The position numbers and the translations under genes are program-made. DNA of 64,000 nucleotides from Somniosus microcephalus (Eukaryota), in the NCBI GenBank assembly GCA_052327205.1, contig CM126218.1:70494001-70558000 (forward strand), read 5' to 3'. The notes under the pieces are model-generated. The model was not told where the DNA came from, made no database searches, and worked only from the letters and a program-made list of their open reading frames with translations. Positions 23,055 through 37,600 of the stretch are shown here, piece by piece. The first letter of the stretch is position 1. Every line of letters starts with the position of its first letter.

Positions 23055-23320
23055 GCGAGAGAGAGAGATGGGAGAGAAAGAGGTGGAGCAGAGCAAGTAT
23101 TGGAGTGAGATAGATGGGGGAAGGAGAGGGAGAGAGATGTGGAGAAGAGATGGGGAGGAAAGAATGTAAGGGGGTAGGAAGAGGAAAATGGGGAGCAAAG
23201 GATGGGAAGGGGAGAAATACAAATGGAGGAGGGAGTGGGAGATAGAGGGAGGGAAGGAGAGGAGGAAAGTACAGATGAAGGAGGGCGCAGGAAAGAGAGA
23301 CAACCAAAAGGGAGAGAGAG
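23055..23320. repeat. GA-rich purine low-complexity tract
   Basis: Almost purely A/G on the plus strand. Confidence 0.85.
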
Positions 23321-25077
23321 TGTGCAATTATGGCCCTTTCAGGTTAGTGAGTAAAGCTACTGACTATGGATTGTTTTGTCTGATGCCCTACAAAGTGTTC
23401 TGTCCCCTCGCCCAATGGATAAGCCCAGGTGTCAGAATAGTAATAATGGACTGAGTGCCTGCGTTATGTTGCTGTACATTTCTTAGCCAATCCCCCTCCC
23501 TGTGCTTTGAAGTTACTGCAAAGACTATCGTGTGGCTGTAATAAAAGAGGCAAAGGCCAGCAGCCTCCATCTTACAGGTACCAGGATTATTCACATCTTT
23601 ATTACACACCATGAGCTCGCTATGCTCAAAAAAAGCCAGCGGTGTTTAGATAGCAAATCACATTTCCCAAACAAAAAAAAAAGCAACATATAAAACAAAA
23701 TCAAATGCAAATTACTTCATTCAAATACATTTTCAGAGTATCCAAGGGGAATAAATATGGTAGCAAACAAACCACAGTACTTCTACGACCTGCAGTCACC
23801 TTCAGCACTTAAAAGAACTTTTCTTTATTATATATACAGTATTTGTATCTATATGAAGATTCAATCTTTGCAATGTGTCCCCTTAGACCCTTTGGCCACC
23901 ATCTGCAGTATCCATTGGTCCACTTTACTAACTAGACAAAATATGGAGGGCAATGGCAACCTAACCACCCGCCCCCCAACTCCACATATAAAGCTGTAGG
24001 TATGCAAAGGAGGAACCATTTCCAACCCATTCTAGCTTGCTGGATGGGATCACTTTTCACAGTACCTGGAATCACTACATTCATTTTTGCATGGTGACCA
24101 AAGTGCTCCCGTGACCTCTTCCCTCCGCTGCCCCCCACCTCCCCCCACCCAAAGTTAACAGCTTCCGCAAGGAATTTAGCCAATACTATAGTGGTTGCAA
24201 GAGTCATTTCAGCTCCGTCACGAATTATCATCCATGTTTTCAGTTGGAGGAATAAGGATCCTGTCTCCCCCTTGCCCCAGTGTTGGGTGTGAGCTGGATA
24301 GGATTAAACAGGGCAACAGGGGAGGTAAAAGTAAGTACAAAGCAGTGTCATCACCAGGATTTTAGTGAAGCGTGACGGTGGTTGTGGGAAACTTCCATAT
24401 CATCTACACCTGAAACGCAAACAGCATCCAGCAGTACCCGCTGCAGATTCTCCATCTCTGAAGAGGGTTCTAAACTGTATAACACTTGGGTGAAGTACTG
24501 GTGTGGCACAGGTCTGTCACTGGTAGTGGGAGAGATGAATTAAGAGCAGCGCACATGAAGCATATTGGCTTAAGTGCGATTTTTCTGACAAAGAGTAATG
24601 GGGCAAGTATTCTTGAATAACCCAAGTGACAACATTGCAGTGTACTTTACATGGCTGTTAACCAGACCAGGAAAGGTCAATGACAAGGAATACTTAAGCA
24701 GTTTAAGTAGTGCCCGGCCCTGCAGTATTTTGACTTTATTAAGCTCTCTTCACTTTCACATAACTATTGAGGAGAATTAATCACTGCACCAGGTTACCTC
24801 TAGTCTGGTACATCACCATGTACGGCTGCCAGCATCTACAACACGCAATAAGATCTTCCGAGTCTGTGTTGCATCCCGTCAGGATATGAGTGTGAGAGCT
24901 TCCCCCTCTTGCCTCAGTTACTAGATCAACCTTTTTCACCTGATTTATAAGAACTCCCTTGAACAATGCTAAACGAAGCCCAACTTTATCACCTCGCTCT
25001 TAGCCCAACCTCGTCCATGAGCTCCACTTGTAATTTTAATTTATTTGTTTCTGCCCATACACCAAGAAGAGAAACTC

Positions 25078-27656
25078 TACAAAGAAAAAGTCTCTGGTGG
25101 GCGTAGTCTACAGGCCCCCGAACAGTAGCAATGTTGTTGGACAGAGTATAAATCAACAAATAATGGAGGCCTGTAAAAAAAGGTACGGTAATAATCATGG
25201 GTGATTTTAATCTCCATATTGATTGGACAAATCAAATTGGCCATGGTAGCCTGGAGGAGGAGTTCATAGAGTGCATCCGGGATGGTTTCCTAGAATAGTA
25301 TGTAATGGAACCAACCAGGGAGCAGGCTATCTTGGATCTGGTACTATGTAATGAGACAGAATTAATAAATGATCTCATAGAAAAGGATCCTCTAGGAAAG
25401 AGTGATCATAGCATGGTTGCATTTCAAATTCAGTTGGAGGGTGAGAAAGTTGTATCCCAAACCAGTGTCCTGATCTTAAACAAAGGCAATTATAATGGCA
25501 TGAGGGCAGAACTGGCTAAAGTGGACTGGAAAAACAAATTAAAGGGTAAGAAAGTTGAAATGCAATGGCGTACATTTAAGGAGGTATTTCATAACTCTCA
25601 ACAAAAATATATTCCAGTGAGAAAGAAAGATTTTAAGAGAAGGGAGCACCATCCGTGGCTAACTAAGGAAGTAAAGGATGGTATCAAATTGAAAACGAAG
25701 GCATACAATGTTGCCAAGATTGGTGGGAGACCAGGCGATTGGGAAATTTTTAAAAACCAGCAAAGGATGACTAAAAAAAGAGAAGATGAATTATGAGAGT
25801 AAGCTGGCAAGAAACATTAAAACAGATAGTAAGAACTTCTACAGGTATATAAAAAGGAAGAGGGTAGCTAAAGTAAACGTTGGTCCCTTACAGGATGAGA
25901 CTGGGGAATTAATAATGGGAAATGGGGAAATGGCAGAGACTCTGAACAAATATTTTGCATCTGTCTTCACTGTAGAAGACTCTAACAACATCCCAATAAT
26001 GGATAATCAAGGGGCCACAGGGAGTGGGGAACTAAAGACAATCACTATCACTAAGGAAATAGTACTCGGTAAAATAATGGGACTAAGAGACAACAAGTCC
26101 CCTGGACCAGATGGCCTGCATCCCAGGGTCTTAAAAGAAGTGGCTGCAGAGATAGTGGATGCATTGGTTGCAATATACCAAAATTCCCTGGACTCCAGAG
26201 AGGTCCCAACGGATTGGAAAACCACTAATGTAACACCCCTATTTAAGAAAGGAGGGAGACAAAGCAGGAAACTATAGACCAGTTAGCCTAACATCTGTCG
26301 TTGGGAAAATGCTGGAGTCCTTCATTAAGGAAGCAGTAGCAGGGCATTTAGAAAAACATACTGCAGTCAAACAGAGTCAGCATGGTTTTAGGAAAGGGAA
26401 ATCATGTTTAACAAATTTGCTGGAGTTCTTTGAGGATGTAACAAGCAGGGTGGACAAGGATGAGCCAGTGGAAGTGATGTATTTGGATTTCCAGAAGGCA
26501 TTCGATAAGGTGCCACATAAGATAAGAGCTCATGGAGTTGGGGGTAATATATTAGCATGGATAGAGAATTGGCTAACTAATAGAAAGCAGAGAGTCGGGA
26601 TAAATGGGTCATTTTCTGGTTGGCAAACGGTAACTAGTGGGGTGCCACAAGGATCGGTGCTGGGGCCCCAACTATTTACAATCTACATTAATGACTTGGA
26701 TGAAGGGATCGAGTGTAATGTAGCCAAGTTTGCGGATGATACAAAGATGGGTGGGAAAGCAAGTTGTGCAGAGGACTCAAAGAATCTGCAAAGGGATATA
26801 GACAGGCTAGGTGAGTGGGCAAACATTTGGCAGATGGAGTATAATGTGGGAAAGTGCGAGGTTATACACTTTGGCAGGAAGAATAAAAAAGTAAACTATT
26901 TTTAAAATGGAGAGAGATTACAAAATGCTACAGTTCAGAGGGACCTGGGAGTCCTTGTGCATGAAACACAAAAAGTTAGCATGCAGGTACAGCAAGTAAT
27001 CAAAAAGGCAAATGGAATGTTGGCCTTTATTTCAAGGGGTTGGAGTATAAAAGCAGGGAAGTCCTGCTACAACTGTACAACGTATTGGTGAGACCACACC
27101 TGGAGTACTGCGTACAGTTTTGGTCTCCTTATTTAAGGAAGGATGTACTTGCATTGGAGGCAGTTCAGAGACGATTCACTAGATGAATTCCAGAGATGGG
27201 GAGTTTGACTTATGAGGAAAGGTTGAGCAGGTTGGGCCTATACTCATTGGAATTTAGAAGAATGAGAGGTGATCTTATCAAAACATATAAGATACTGAGG
27301 GGGCTCGACAGGGTAGATGCAGAGAGGATGTTTCCCCTCATGGGGAAATCTAGAACTCGGGGGCACAGTCTCAGAATAAAGGGTCGTCCTTTTAGAACTG
27401 AGATGAGGAAGAATTTCTTCTCTCAGAGGGTTGTAAATCTGTGGAATTCTCTGCCCCAGAGAGCTGTGGAGGCTGGGTCATTAATACATTTAAAGTGGAG
27501 ATAGACAAATTTTTGTAAGATAAGGGAGTGAAGGGTTATGGGGAGCGGGCAGGGAAGTAGTTTTGAGCCCGAGATCAGCCATGATCTTATTGAGTGGTGG
27601 AGCAGGCTCGAGGGGCCAAGTGGCGTATTCCTGCTCCTATTTCTTATGTTCTTATG
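25078..27656 (+). mobile_element. 5'-truncated CR1 LINE ORF2 (endonuclease C-part + RT) with frameshifts/stops
   Basis: VGVVYRPP, MGDFN, LDLVL, SDH (APE); PGPDG, YLDFQKAFDKVPH, GVPQGSVLGP, FADD; tail ttcttatgttcttatg. Confidence 0.93.
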
Positions 27657-28101
27657 TAAAAAATTTCCTTCAGAAAAGCAGCAGGAACAAGGCTTAGACC
27701 ACAATACTGGGATCTGGAATAGCTTTAGTTCGACTAATGTGTATTAATGGAAAATCTAAAATACCTTTCACATCTAAATAACAATTAACAATGGTAGTAC
27801 TGAATAGCGTTAATGTGCGGGTAAACTTTGTAGAATAAAACAATTTAATTCAATGGCTTGAATGATACTGAGACCTGCCATATGTAGTTAAAACTCCCCA
27901 AATACTAGTATGGAGGAAAAGCATTCTGCTTGGACAGGAGCATCGGGCTCCGTTAATTTTAAACTGAGGCTACCTTCTGTACCTTGGAACGCTTTACTAC
28001 GTTAAAGGCATTATATAAATGCGGATTGTTGCTGCTGTATTCCTATTCCCTCAGTGGTTTAAATTTAGTACAAAACGAGTTCTCTAAAAATGTTTCATGA
28101 C

Positions 28102-28215
28102 CAATGTTCCCTCTAATTTTTTTTCGGGGCACGGTCCCTTTAAATTTTCCATCTCTTCCAGCGGCAGAAGCTGGAGCGTGGCACCTCGCGATTCTCCCTT
28201 TAGGGGGAAATATTG
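28102..28215. mobile_element. hAT-type MITE (CAATGTTCCC family)
   Basis: TIR caatgttccc / ggaaatattg; perfect 8-bp TSD TTCATGAC. Confidence 0.85.
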
Positions 28216-29432
28216 TTCATGACTGCTCGTTAAGTGGACACGGTCTAACAGCGGGAGTGAGTGGGTCGGCGCCTCGAGATGGTTCACCGCACCCACGACA
28301 ACAACAACTGGTAACAACAGCCCCCCCCCGTTGCTGCAGGAGCTCCAGCCCCGAGCCCATGCCCAAAGCCTGGTAAAGTAGCGCCGCTCTGCTCGATGTT
28401 CGCTTACAGCAGCAGCTTTTGCTGCTGAACTAATGCCCGGCTGGAAGTCTGGCTTTACACCCATGGCCCGTGAACTTGATAGGAAATAAATAAAACTCGT
28501 GGAAAATTAAAACAATTAAAAATAATTCCTGGTGCACTCCATGGCCCGGTTTGCTTTCGTGGGGATGGGGCCTTACCGTCTTCATATTCCCTCCCGCCCC
28601 CCCAAATTCGTTAAATTTTATTCCCTCCCCTTCTCCCGAAGGTCCTGGATGGTGTCCTCCGCCCTCTGGTACCTCACTTGAAAAGCCATTCCGAGCCCAA
28701 ACCGTGAGGGGGGTGGGGGGAGAAAAGAGATCGGGATCCAGAGCAGAGCCCGATCCTGTCCTCACATGGCAACACGCATGTACATGTATATAGACACGTG
28801 CACATACACACGCATTCCAACAGGGTCACTGGATAGCGATCGGGAGAGGAAACTCTGGTTGACTTGCCCCCTCCCTATGTGGTGAGACCGGGGGTATAAA
28901 ATTCCTCTACTTTAACTGAATATTTAAAACAAGAGAAAGAGCCATAAAGTCAAAATCTGCACACCAACTAGACAGTAAGCTTTTAAAAGGATTGGGGTTC
29001 AGGTCCTGCGTCAACTTTTACCGAGATGGAAAATGCAGAGAATCCCACCCCCCCACCCCACGCCAATCTAAAGCACCGGAACCACAATTATAAAGGTCCC
29101 AATTGAGACCACTAATAAACAGGACCCCCATCTTCAGTCACAGACACAAACACTTTGTGCATAAATACAGAGAAACTTATACAAATAGGTTTGATTTTTC
29201 TCTTTCTTCCCCCCCCAATATAAAACAGTAAATACAAGAGCTTGAAATCTCTCTGAAGGTAATATAAGAGATGAGAAGTCCTTCCTCTATCATTTCTCTC
29301 TCCAACACTAAACCCACACGGGATACTTTTATTTTCATGGCCACCTGTTAACGCACAAGACACCTGATTGCAGTACTGCAAAGTCGGACTTCTGAAAGAC
29401 AGGAATAGTTGTTTCGTTTGTCAGTGATGTCC

Positions 29433-29605
29433 TCACTGTTCCAGCGTCACCACCTCAACCGCTTGTCCTTCCACGGTTACTCCGGACGATTGGATTTCCG
29501 TCATCCGAGTGGTGACAGGGGCCATTGCAACCTGCACGGGCCTGTTACCCTGGGCCAGGCTGGTCACGACGGTCTGGTACATGCTCACTGGGATCTGCAC
29601 CAGGC
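29433..29605 (-). CDS. NRF1: Nuclear respiratory factor 1, terminal coding exon
   Basis: Acceptor ...ctcccag|GC; encodes (G)LVQIPVSMYQTVVTSLAQGNRPVQVAMAPVTTRMTEIQSSGVTVEGQAVEVVTLEQ*, recognisable as the NRF1 C-terminus; phase 1 matches the upstream exon. Confidence 0.97.
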
Positions 29606-30834
29606 CTGGGAGCAAAGGAAACGGAAAGAGTCAGCCAGTTAACGATACAAACACGGCCCCCTCACCCCAACATCAATACCATTTCCCTTTTGGCGAAGCA
29701 GCCCAGTCTGTGGATATCTCCAAATAGGCCACCAACTTTGAGTTATGTTCTAAGGCTGACTGGGGAGGTCATTTATTTTGAGAGCCACTAGAAGTACCAG
29801 ATTTTCCTTCCCTCCCATTGAAATATCAAACAATCGCTTCCCCATTACAGGGACGGGGAGCCTGAAAGCAAATGTTATTTGGAACTCTGCTCAGTCACGG
29901 GTACAGCACTCCAGCATCATAGCGACTGATAGTCAGCTACAGGAATATAAAGGAGAGATAGAGTGAGAAAAGAACATTCAGCCCATCTTCTTCCACAGCC
30001 CACCCTACACTATCATGAGGCTCGCGCTATCCAACATGTTTAATCTCCTGAGGGAAAGTTCTGTAAAAATACTTCCCAATTCCCAAGGTAACCAAGCAAC
30101 ACTCCGGATTATTCATTCATTCATTCCCACTTTGACTACTGACCCGCATGTACTGCCCTTCACAAACATACTCCCCATTCAAACCCCCAGTAGACAAGAA
30201 GCATCACATCCTGTGGAATATCTGGCCACAACAGCCATTTAATCCCCATTCCCAACCAGATATTCCCTGCATTATTTTGTCCCACCCCCGCTCTAGAATC
30301 TCCTCCAGCCTTCAGTCCTAACCCAAGCCTTCTACTCTCCAGCTCTGGCCTCTTGTGCACCCTCCCCTCCACTGTTAATGGCAGAGCTTTCAGCCAGCTT
30401 GACTCTATGCTCTGGAACTCTCACCCTAAATTCCTCCATCGCGTGAGCTCTCACCCTGCCTTTGGCCACCTCGAATTCCTCCACTTCTGCTTGGCGTCCG
30501 TTTCTCTTCTGTGAAGCACCCCGGGATATTTTCTACCTTGCATGCTATATAAATGCTATCCAGTTATTTTCTGAAGGAGCTAACTGATGTGGCATTAATG
30601 GCTTTTGCTGGGAGTCTGCTCCACATTATCTAAATCTCCAGCCTCGTTTGGTGCTTGTTAATTTTGAATCAGTACATTGTTTTTTTTTTTACCTTTAAGA
30701 GGGGAGAGAGGGAGAGAACAAGGAGGGGGGGCGGCGGGTAAGCTGGTCACAATCTCCCTGGTTGTCCCACATCATACAATTAAAGAACATTAGGAGGTCA
30801 GTCAGCCCCTCGGGTCTGCTCTGCCATTCAATTT

Positions 30835-31050
30835 GATCCCTGCCTAAACCTCTCCGCCTCGCTACCTCTCTTTCCTCCTTTATGACGCTCCTTAAAACCT
30901 ACTTATTTGACCAAGCTTTTGGTCACCTGCCCTAATTTATCCTTATGTGGATCGGTGTCAATTTTGTTTGTCTTAAAATACTCCTGTGCAGCGCCTTGGG
31001 ACATCTTACTACGTTAAAGGCACTATATAAATACAAGTTGTTGTTGTTGT
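30835..31050 (+). mobile_element. L2 LINE 3' end
   Basis: cttaaaacctacttatttgaccaagctttt...ctatataaatacaagttgttgttg. Confidence 0.75.
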
Positions 31051-32679
31051 TTGATCTTGACCGTTGATCGACAATAGATGGGTTTTGCTGGACCCTGAAC
31101 ACACAGAAGGAAGATTTCCTCTGTTGCCTGTTCATAGCAAAAATTCTTTATACAATTATTAGCATTTTGTTGCTAATAACAAACAGAGGAAATCTCCCAT
31201 TGTAAAATTAGTTCTAATACAGTTGGGAAGAGCTGGTTGTACTGGTCTTGATTACAGGCTGGTGAGTTCCGAGCCTGGTCTGGGTTAGTTGGACGCAGCC
31301 CAGGTGCTACAATTGGCCTCAGTGTCTCTAGGTCAGGGAGGGAGAAAACCAACCTGCTCCTGGTCACGATCCTGGGCTGGAAGCCTGGGCAACATCGGGC
31401 TAGGTTAACTCACCCGAGGTCAGGCAGCCTACTGACACTCACCGCAAGGGCTCAAACACAAGGAATATGATCTGGGTGAGGGATTGCAGGGTACCCGGCT
31501 GTGGAACTGCACACCAGCAAAAAGTCGATGCTTTCAGCAGGAGAGGAGCAGGACAAATGTGTGGGGAAAATAAAACGCACAGGTTGCAATGCTGCATAGC
31601 GTAATTGATTGAGTCCAGGCTACCGGGCAACAGGAGTCATTTACCCCCTGGCCCAAATGGCTACACTGCATGCTGGACAGTGAGTGTCAGCAGGCCATTC
31701 AGCCACAGGGGCAGCAAAGCAGAGTCCTATTTCTGCTGTGCACACACGTAGCCTTCCAGCAGAGTGTCATTAGAGAGAGAGCGCGCGAGTGGGAACCTTG
31801 GATGATTTCCCCACATTCCCCCGCCAAAACCAGGGATGATCAGTCAGTGTGACCCCCCCCCCCCTCACTGCCCCACTGGCCGAGAGCAGCTAACTCCCAG
31901 CACGGAGATAATATTGAACCTGGGACCATCCTCGACTGTGCGGCTCAGCTCCTCAAAGCAGTTCATTGGCCGTAAAGCGCTTTGGGACGTCCGGCGGTCA
32001 TGAAAGGCGCTGTATAAATGCAAGCCAGAACTTTTTGTTACACTTGCTGGGCTATCACAGGGGCGATTTTGTGGCGAACATAAAATAAAACACGCGAAGA
32101 CCTCAAAACTCCCACATTTAAAAATCTTTCCCCATTGAATAACGTCAACTGACACTCTGCAGCTGAGCCAGGTCTGCAGGGTTTTACTGTGCCAAGTTTT
32201 TTTTAAAATTCATTTCGAAAGATTCGGAGGACTTAGCCATCTGAATGATTTAGCAAAGTAGAGTTAATCCTACTGGTTATATAATTGATGATTAATTTGT
32301 AAACAGACGGAGGTTTTATTATTTTTTTGGGTACTCCTGTCTATACGTCTAGAACCAGCCTCTAATTAAGCTAATCTTTACATCTTCATCCTGACATGGG
32401 TTGACAAGCTTTCAAATTATATCGAAAAATAAAAAGCTCCTTCACCCCACCCCCCTTCGCACACATAACCAAATCAAAGGACTCAGAAGGAATGAAGCTG
32501 CCCTGTAACTACAGGCTATTAATGGACACTTGTGCACTGATAGCGTGACATGGGCAGCGGGGAGCATGATACTCCTGCCGCTGACTGCCCAGAGTTTGTA
32601 AAGTCCGCGCATGCACGCACACCTCAGGCCCCACATTTCGCAGGACAACTGGGAGAAAAAAAAGAAAAGAATTTATATA

Positions 32680-33215
32680 GTACCTTATTGTGGACAATTC
32701 TGGGCAACACACTTCAGGAAAGATGTAAAGGCCTTAGAAAGGGTACAGAGGAGGTTTACCAGGATGTTACCAGAGATAAGGGACTTCCGTTACGAGAGGT
32801 TGGAAAAGTTAGGACTGTTCTCCTTGTGAAGGTTAAGAGGTGACCTAATTGAGGTTTTCAAGATGAGAGATTTTGATAGAATAGATAGAGAGAAAAACTA
32901 ATCCCCCTGGTGAGTGGGTCAATAACCAGAGGTTATAGATTTAAAATCATTTGGAAAAGATCTAGAGGGGAGATTAGGAGAAATGCTTTCACTCAGTTGT
33001 CAGGATCTGCAATGCTCTACCTGAAAGGTGGTGGAAGCTGATTCCATAAATAATTTTAAAAGGGAGTTGGGGAGGTACACGAGGATGAGGAACTCACAGG
33101 GTTAGGGACAAAAAGCAGGGGTGTGAGAGTAAACATGACTGCTCTTTCAAAGAGCTGGCACAGACACGATGGGCCGAATGGCCTCCTTCTGTGCTGTAAG
33201 TTTCTTTGATTCTTT
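32680..33215 (+). mobile_element. CR1 3' fragment
   Basis: CGQFWATHFRKDVKALERVQRRFTRMLP...LEKLGLFSL and CR1 3' UTR. Confidence 0.8.
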
Positions 33216-33399
33216 TTAAAAAACTTTAAAAGGGGAGCAGTGCAGGGCGAATCATTGCAGGTGATATTTCTAGATATGTTCCCTGTAATTCTACTTTGTG
33301 AACTGGCTGATGACAGTGAAAGGTGAGCTGAATAGTTAACCTTTAGCAGTTTATACCACAGAGGATTACTTACAAGTATAAATTCCAGCCATGGGCAAG

Positions 33400-33710
33400 T
33401 GAAAATATATGAATTGCACAGATATAGGCCATTCAGCCCAAATGGTCTCTGCCGGTGTTTATGCTCCGCACGAGCCTCCTTCCATCCTTCTTCATCTCAC
33501 CCTATCAGCATATCCTTCTATTCCCTTCTCCCTCATGTGCTTATCTACCTTCCCCTTAAATGCATCTATGCTATTCGCCTCAGCTACTCCTTGTGGTAGT
33601 GAGTTCCACATTCTCACCACTCCCTGGGTAAAGAAGTTTCTTCTGAATTCCCTATTGGATTTATTTGTGACTATCTTATATTTATGGTCCCTAGTTTCGG
33701 ACTCCCCCTC
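33400..33710 (-). mobile_element. CR1 3' fragment
   Basis: RRNFFTQGVVRMWNSLP...FKGKVDKHM. Confidence 0.8.
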
Positions 33711-34690
33711 GCGAGAAGAGAACTGTGGCTTAGACTGACTGCCTGAGGAGTGTGGCAATATGCCAGGCTGTGACATGTGAATAGGGCAGGGCCACTGAAT
33801 CCCTTGTCATGAGCCGTGGACATAAGCTCATTACTTCATTCCCAGACTGACTTGGGGCGTAGTACTTTTATTAAACCCAATCACACAATAACATTGCTCA
33901 GCAGCAAAGCCTCTACAGATGTCACTAGCCACTTCTTAGCAAGACAGGGGTTGAGGCTAATCACTGGAGGGAGGGGAGGGGGGCATGGTACTGCAGGAGT
34001 CATTTGAAGTAGAGGTTTTTCCTTCACTTCCTCTCCTGAAGGTGCTAACTTCAGGTTCAGTTTTGCAGACAGCGGGTGCCCTTTTGGCAATGTAACCTTG
34101 TAGCCATTCTTCTAGACACACAGCCTAGATAGTGAGTGACTACAAGCTATTTGACTGTGAGGGCATCAAAGCCTTCCCTTTTCCAATATTTGCTCTCGCG
34201 CTTGTGTGCGCACACAATTTCCAGCAGGAAACCGCTGGATAGCAGTAGCAATCACGCGAGGCTGATTCTTTTCTTTCTATTTCCTTTCTAGTTGCAGCGC
34301 CTGAACCACCGTCTCAGCAGAGACCAGAGAGTTCAGCACATGGCCGGTCCTGAAACCCATCTCTGGTAGCCAATCAGTTGGATTGGCCATTAGTGCCTGG
34401 CCTGGGTCAGGAGCCAATTGGGCTTTGGGAAAGATGTGCTTCATTAAGAACCTGCTTGCATGATATCAGATTTACAAATAAGTGGATTGGACTGTAGCTG
34501 CTAACCTGGAGTGAGATTTTCTATTTAAGCTCCTCCAGCGTGCTATGCACACACAGCAGGGAGTAGAATAAAGCACTTACTGTTGATCAGTACTCTAATA
34601 CCAGGAAACCTTTTCAACTGAAGTCTTTTGTCTCCTCCTTTTCTCCCACTAACGTTCTCAGCTGCCTCTCACCTCCTCCCCCAAGGGTGT

Positions 34691-37600
34691 TGAATCATTC
34701 CTGGGGTACGGATCCACACCCCACCACTGAATCATTCCTGGGGTACGGATCCACACCTCACCATTGAATCATTCCTGGAGTACGGATCCACACCTAACCA
34801 TTGAATCATTCCTGGGGTACGGATCCACACCCCACCACTGAATCATTCCTGGGGTACGGATCCACACCTCACCACTGAATCATTCCTGGGGTACGGATCC
34901 ACATCCCACCACTGAATCATTCCTGGGGTACGGATCCACACCTCACCACTGAATCATTCCTGGGGTACGGATCCACACCCCACCACTGAATCATTCCTGG
35001 GGTACGGATCCACACCTCACCACTGAATCATTCCTGGGGTACGGATCCACACCCCACCACTGAATCATTCCTGGGGTACGGATCTACACCTCACCATTGA
35101 ATCATTCCTGGAGTACGGATCCACACCTCACCATTGAATCATTCCTGCGGTACGGATCCACACCTCACCATTGAATCATTCCTGGGGTACGGATCCACAC
35201 CTCACCATTGAATCATTCCTGGGGTACGGATCCACACCCCACCACTGAATCATTCCTGGGGTACGGATCCACACCTCACCATTGAATCATTCCTGGAGTA
35301 CGGATCCACATCTAACCATTGAATCATTCCTGGGGTACGGATCCACACCCCACCACTGAATCATTCCTGGGGTACGGATCCACACCTCACCACTGAATCA
35401 TTCCTGGGGTACGGATCCACATCCCACCACTGAATCATTCCTGGGGTACGGATCCACACCTCACCACTGAATCATTCCTGGGGTACGGATCCACACCCCA
35501 CCACTGAATCATTCCTGGGGTACGGATCCACACCTCACCACTGAATCATTCCTGGGGTACGGATCCACACCCCACCACTGAATCATTCCTGGGGTACGGA
35601 TCTACACCTCACCATTGAATCATTCCTGGAGTACGGATCCACACCTCACCATTGAATCATTTCTGGAGTACGGATCCACACCTCACCATTGAATCATTCC
35701 TGCGGTACGGATCCACACCTCACCATTGAATCATTCCTGGGGTACGGATCCACACCTCACCATTGAATCATTCCTGGAGTACGGATCCACACCTCACCAT
35801 TGAATCATTCCTGGGGTACGGATCCACACCTCACCATTGAATCATTCCTGGGGTACGGATCCACATCTCACCACTGAATCATTCCTGGGGTACGGATCCA
35901 CACCCCACCACTGAATCATTCCTGGGGTACGGATCCACACCTCACCACTGAATCATTCCTGGGGTGCGGATCTACACCTCACCACTGAATCATTCCTGGG
36001 GCACGGATCCACACCTCACCATTGAATCATTCCTGGGGTACGGATCCACACCTCACCATTGAATCATTCCTGGGGTACTGATCCACACCTCACCATTGAA
36101 TCATTCCTGGGGTACGGATCCACACCTCACCATTGAATCATTCCTGGGGTACGGATCCACACCTCACCATTGAATCATTCCTGGGGTACAGATCCACACC
36201 TCACCATTGAATCATTCCTGGGGTACGGATCGACACCTCACCATTGAATCATTCCTGGGGTACAGATCCACACCTCACCATTGAATCATTCCTGGAGTAC
36301 GGATCCACACCTCACCATTGAATCATTCCTGGGGTACGGATCCACACCTCACCATTGAATCATTCCTGGAGTACGGATCCACACCTCACCATTGAATCAT
36401 TCCTGGGGTACGGATCCACACCTCACCATTGAATCATTCCTGGAGTACGGATCCACACCTCACCACTGAATCATTCCTGGGGTACAGATCCACACCTCAC
36501 CATTGAATCATTCCTGGGGTACGGATCCACACCCCACCATTGAATCATTCCTGGGGTACGGATCCACACCTCACCATTGAATCATTCCTGGGGTACGGAT
36601 CCACACCTCACCATTGAATCATTCCTGGGGTACGGATCCACACCTCACCATTGAATCATTCCTGGGGTACGGATCCACATCCCACCATTGAATCATTCCT
36701 GGGGTACGGATCCACACCTCACCATTGAATCATTCCTGGGGTACGGATCCACACCTCACCATTGAATCATTCATGGGGTACAGATCCACACCTCACCATT
36801 GGATCATTCCTGGGGTACGGATCCACACCCCACCATTGAATCATTCCTGGGGTACGGATCCACATCCCACCACTGAATCATTCCTGGGGTACGGATCCAC
36901 ACCTCACCATTGAATCATTCCTGGGGTACGGATCCACACCCCACCATTGAATCATTCCTGGAGTACGGATCCACACCTCACCATTGAATCATTCCTGGGG
37001 TACGGATCCACACCTCACCACTGAATCATTCCTGGGGTACGGATCCACACCTCACCACTGAATCATTCCTGGAGTACGGATCCACACCCCACCATTGAAT
37101 CATTCCTGGGGTACGGATCCACACCTCACCACTGAATCATTCCTGGGGTACGGATCCACACCTCACCATTGAATCATTCCTGGGGTGCGGATCCACACCT
37201 CACCACTGAATCATTCCTGGGGTACGGATCCACACCTCACCATTGAATCATTCCTGGGGTACGGATCCACACCCCACCACTGAATCATTCCTGGGGTACG
37301 GATCCACACCTCACCATTGAATCATTCCTGGGGTACGGATCCACACCCCACCACTGAATCATTCCTGGGGTACAGATCCACATCCCACCATTGAATCATT
37401 CCTGGGGTACGGATCCACACCTCACCACTGAATCATTCCTGGGGTACGGATCCACATCCCACCATTGAATCAGTCCTGGGGTACGGATCCACATCCCACC
37501 ATTGAATCATTCCTGGGGTACGGATCCACACCCCACCATTGAATCATTCCTGGGGTACGGATCCACACCTCACCATTGAATCATTCCTGGGGTGCGGATC

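Noticed and set aside
34083-34092. TTTGGCAATG matching the miR-182 5' end
   Set aside because: Only 10 nt match, no hairpin; chance occurrence
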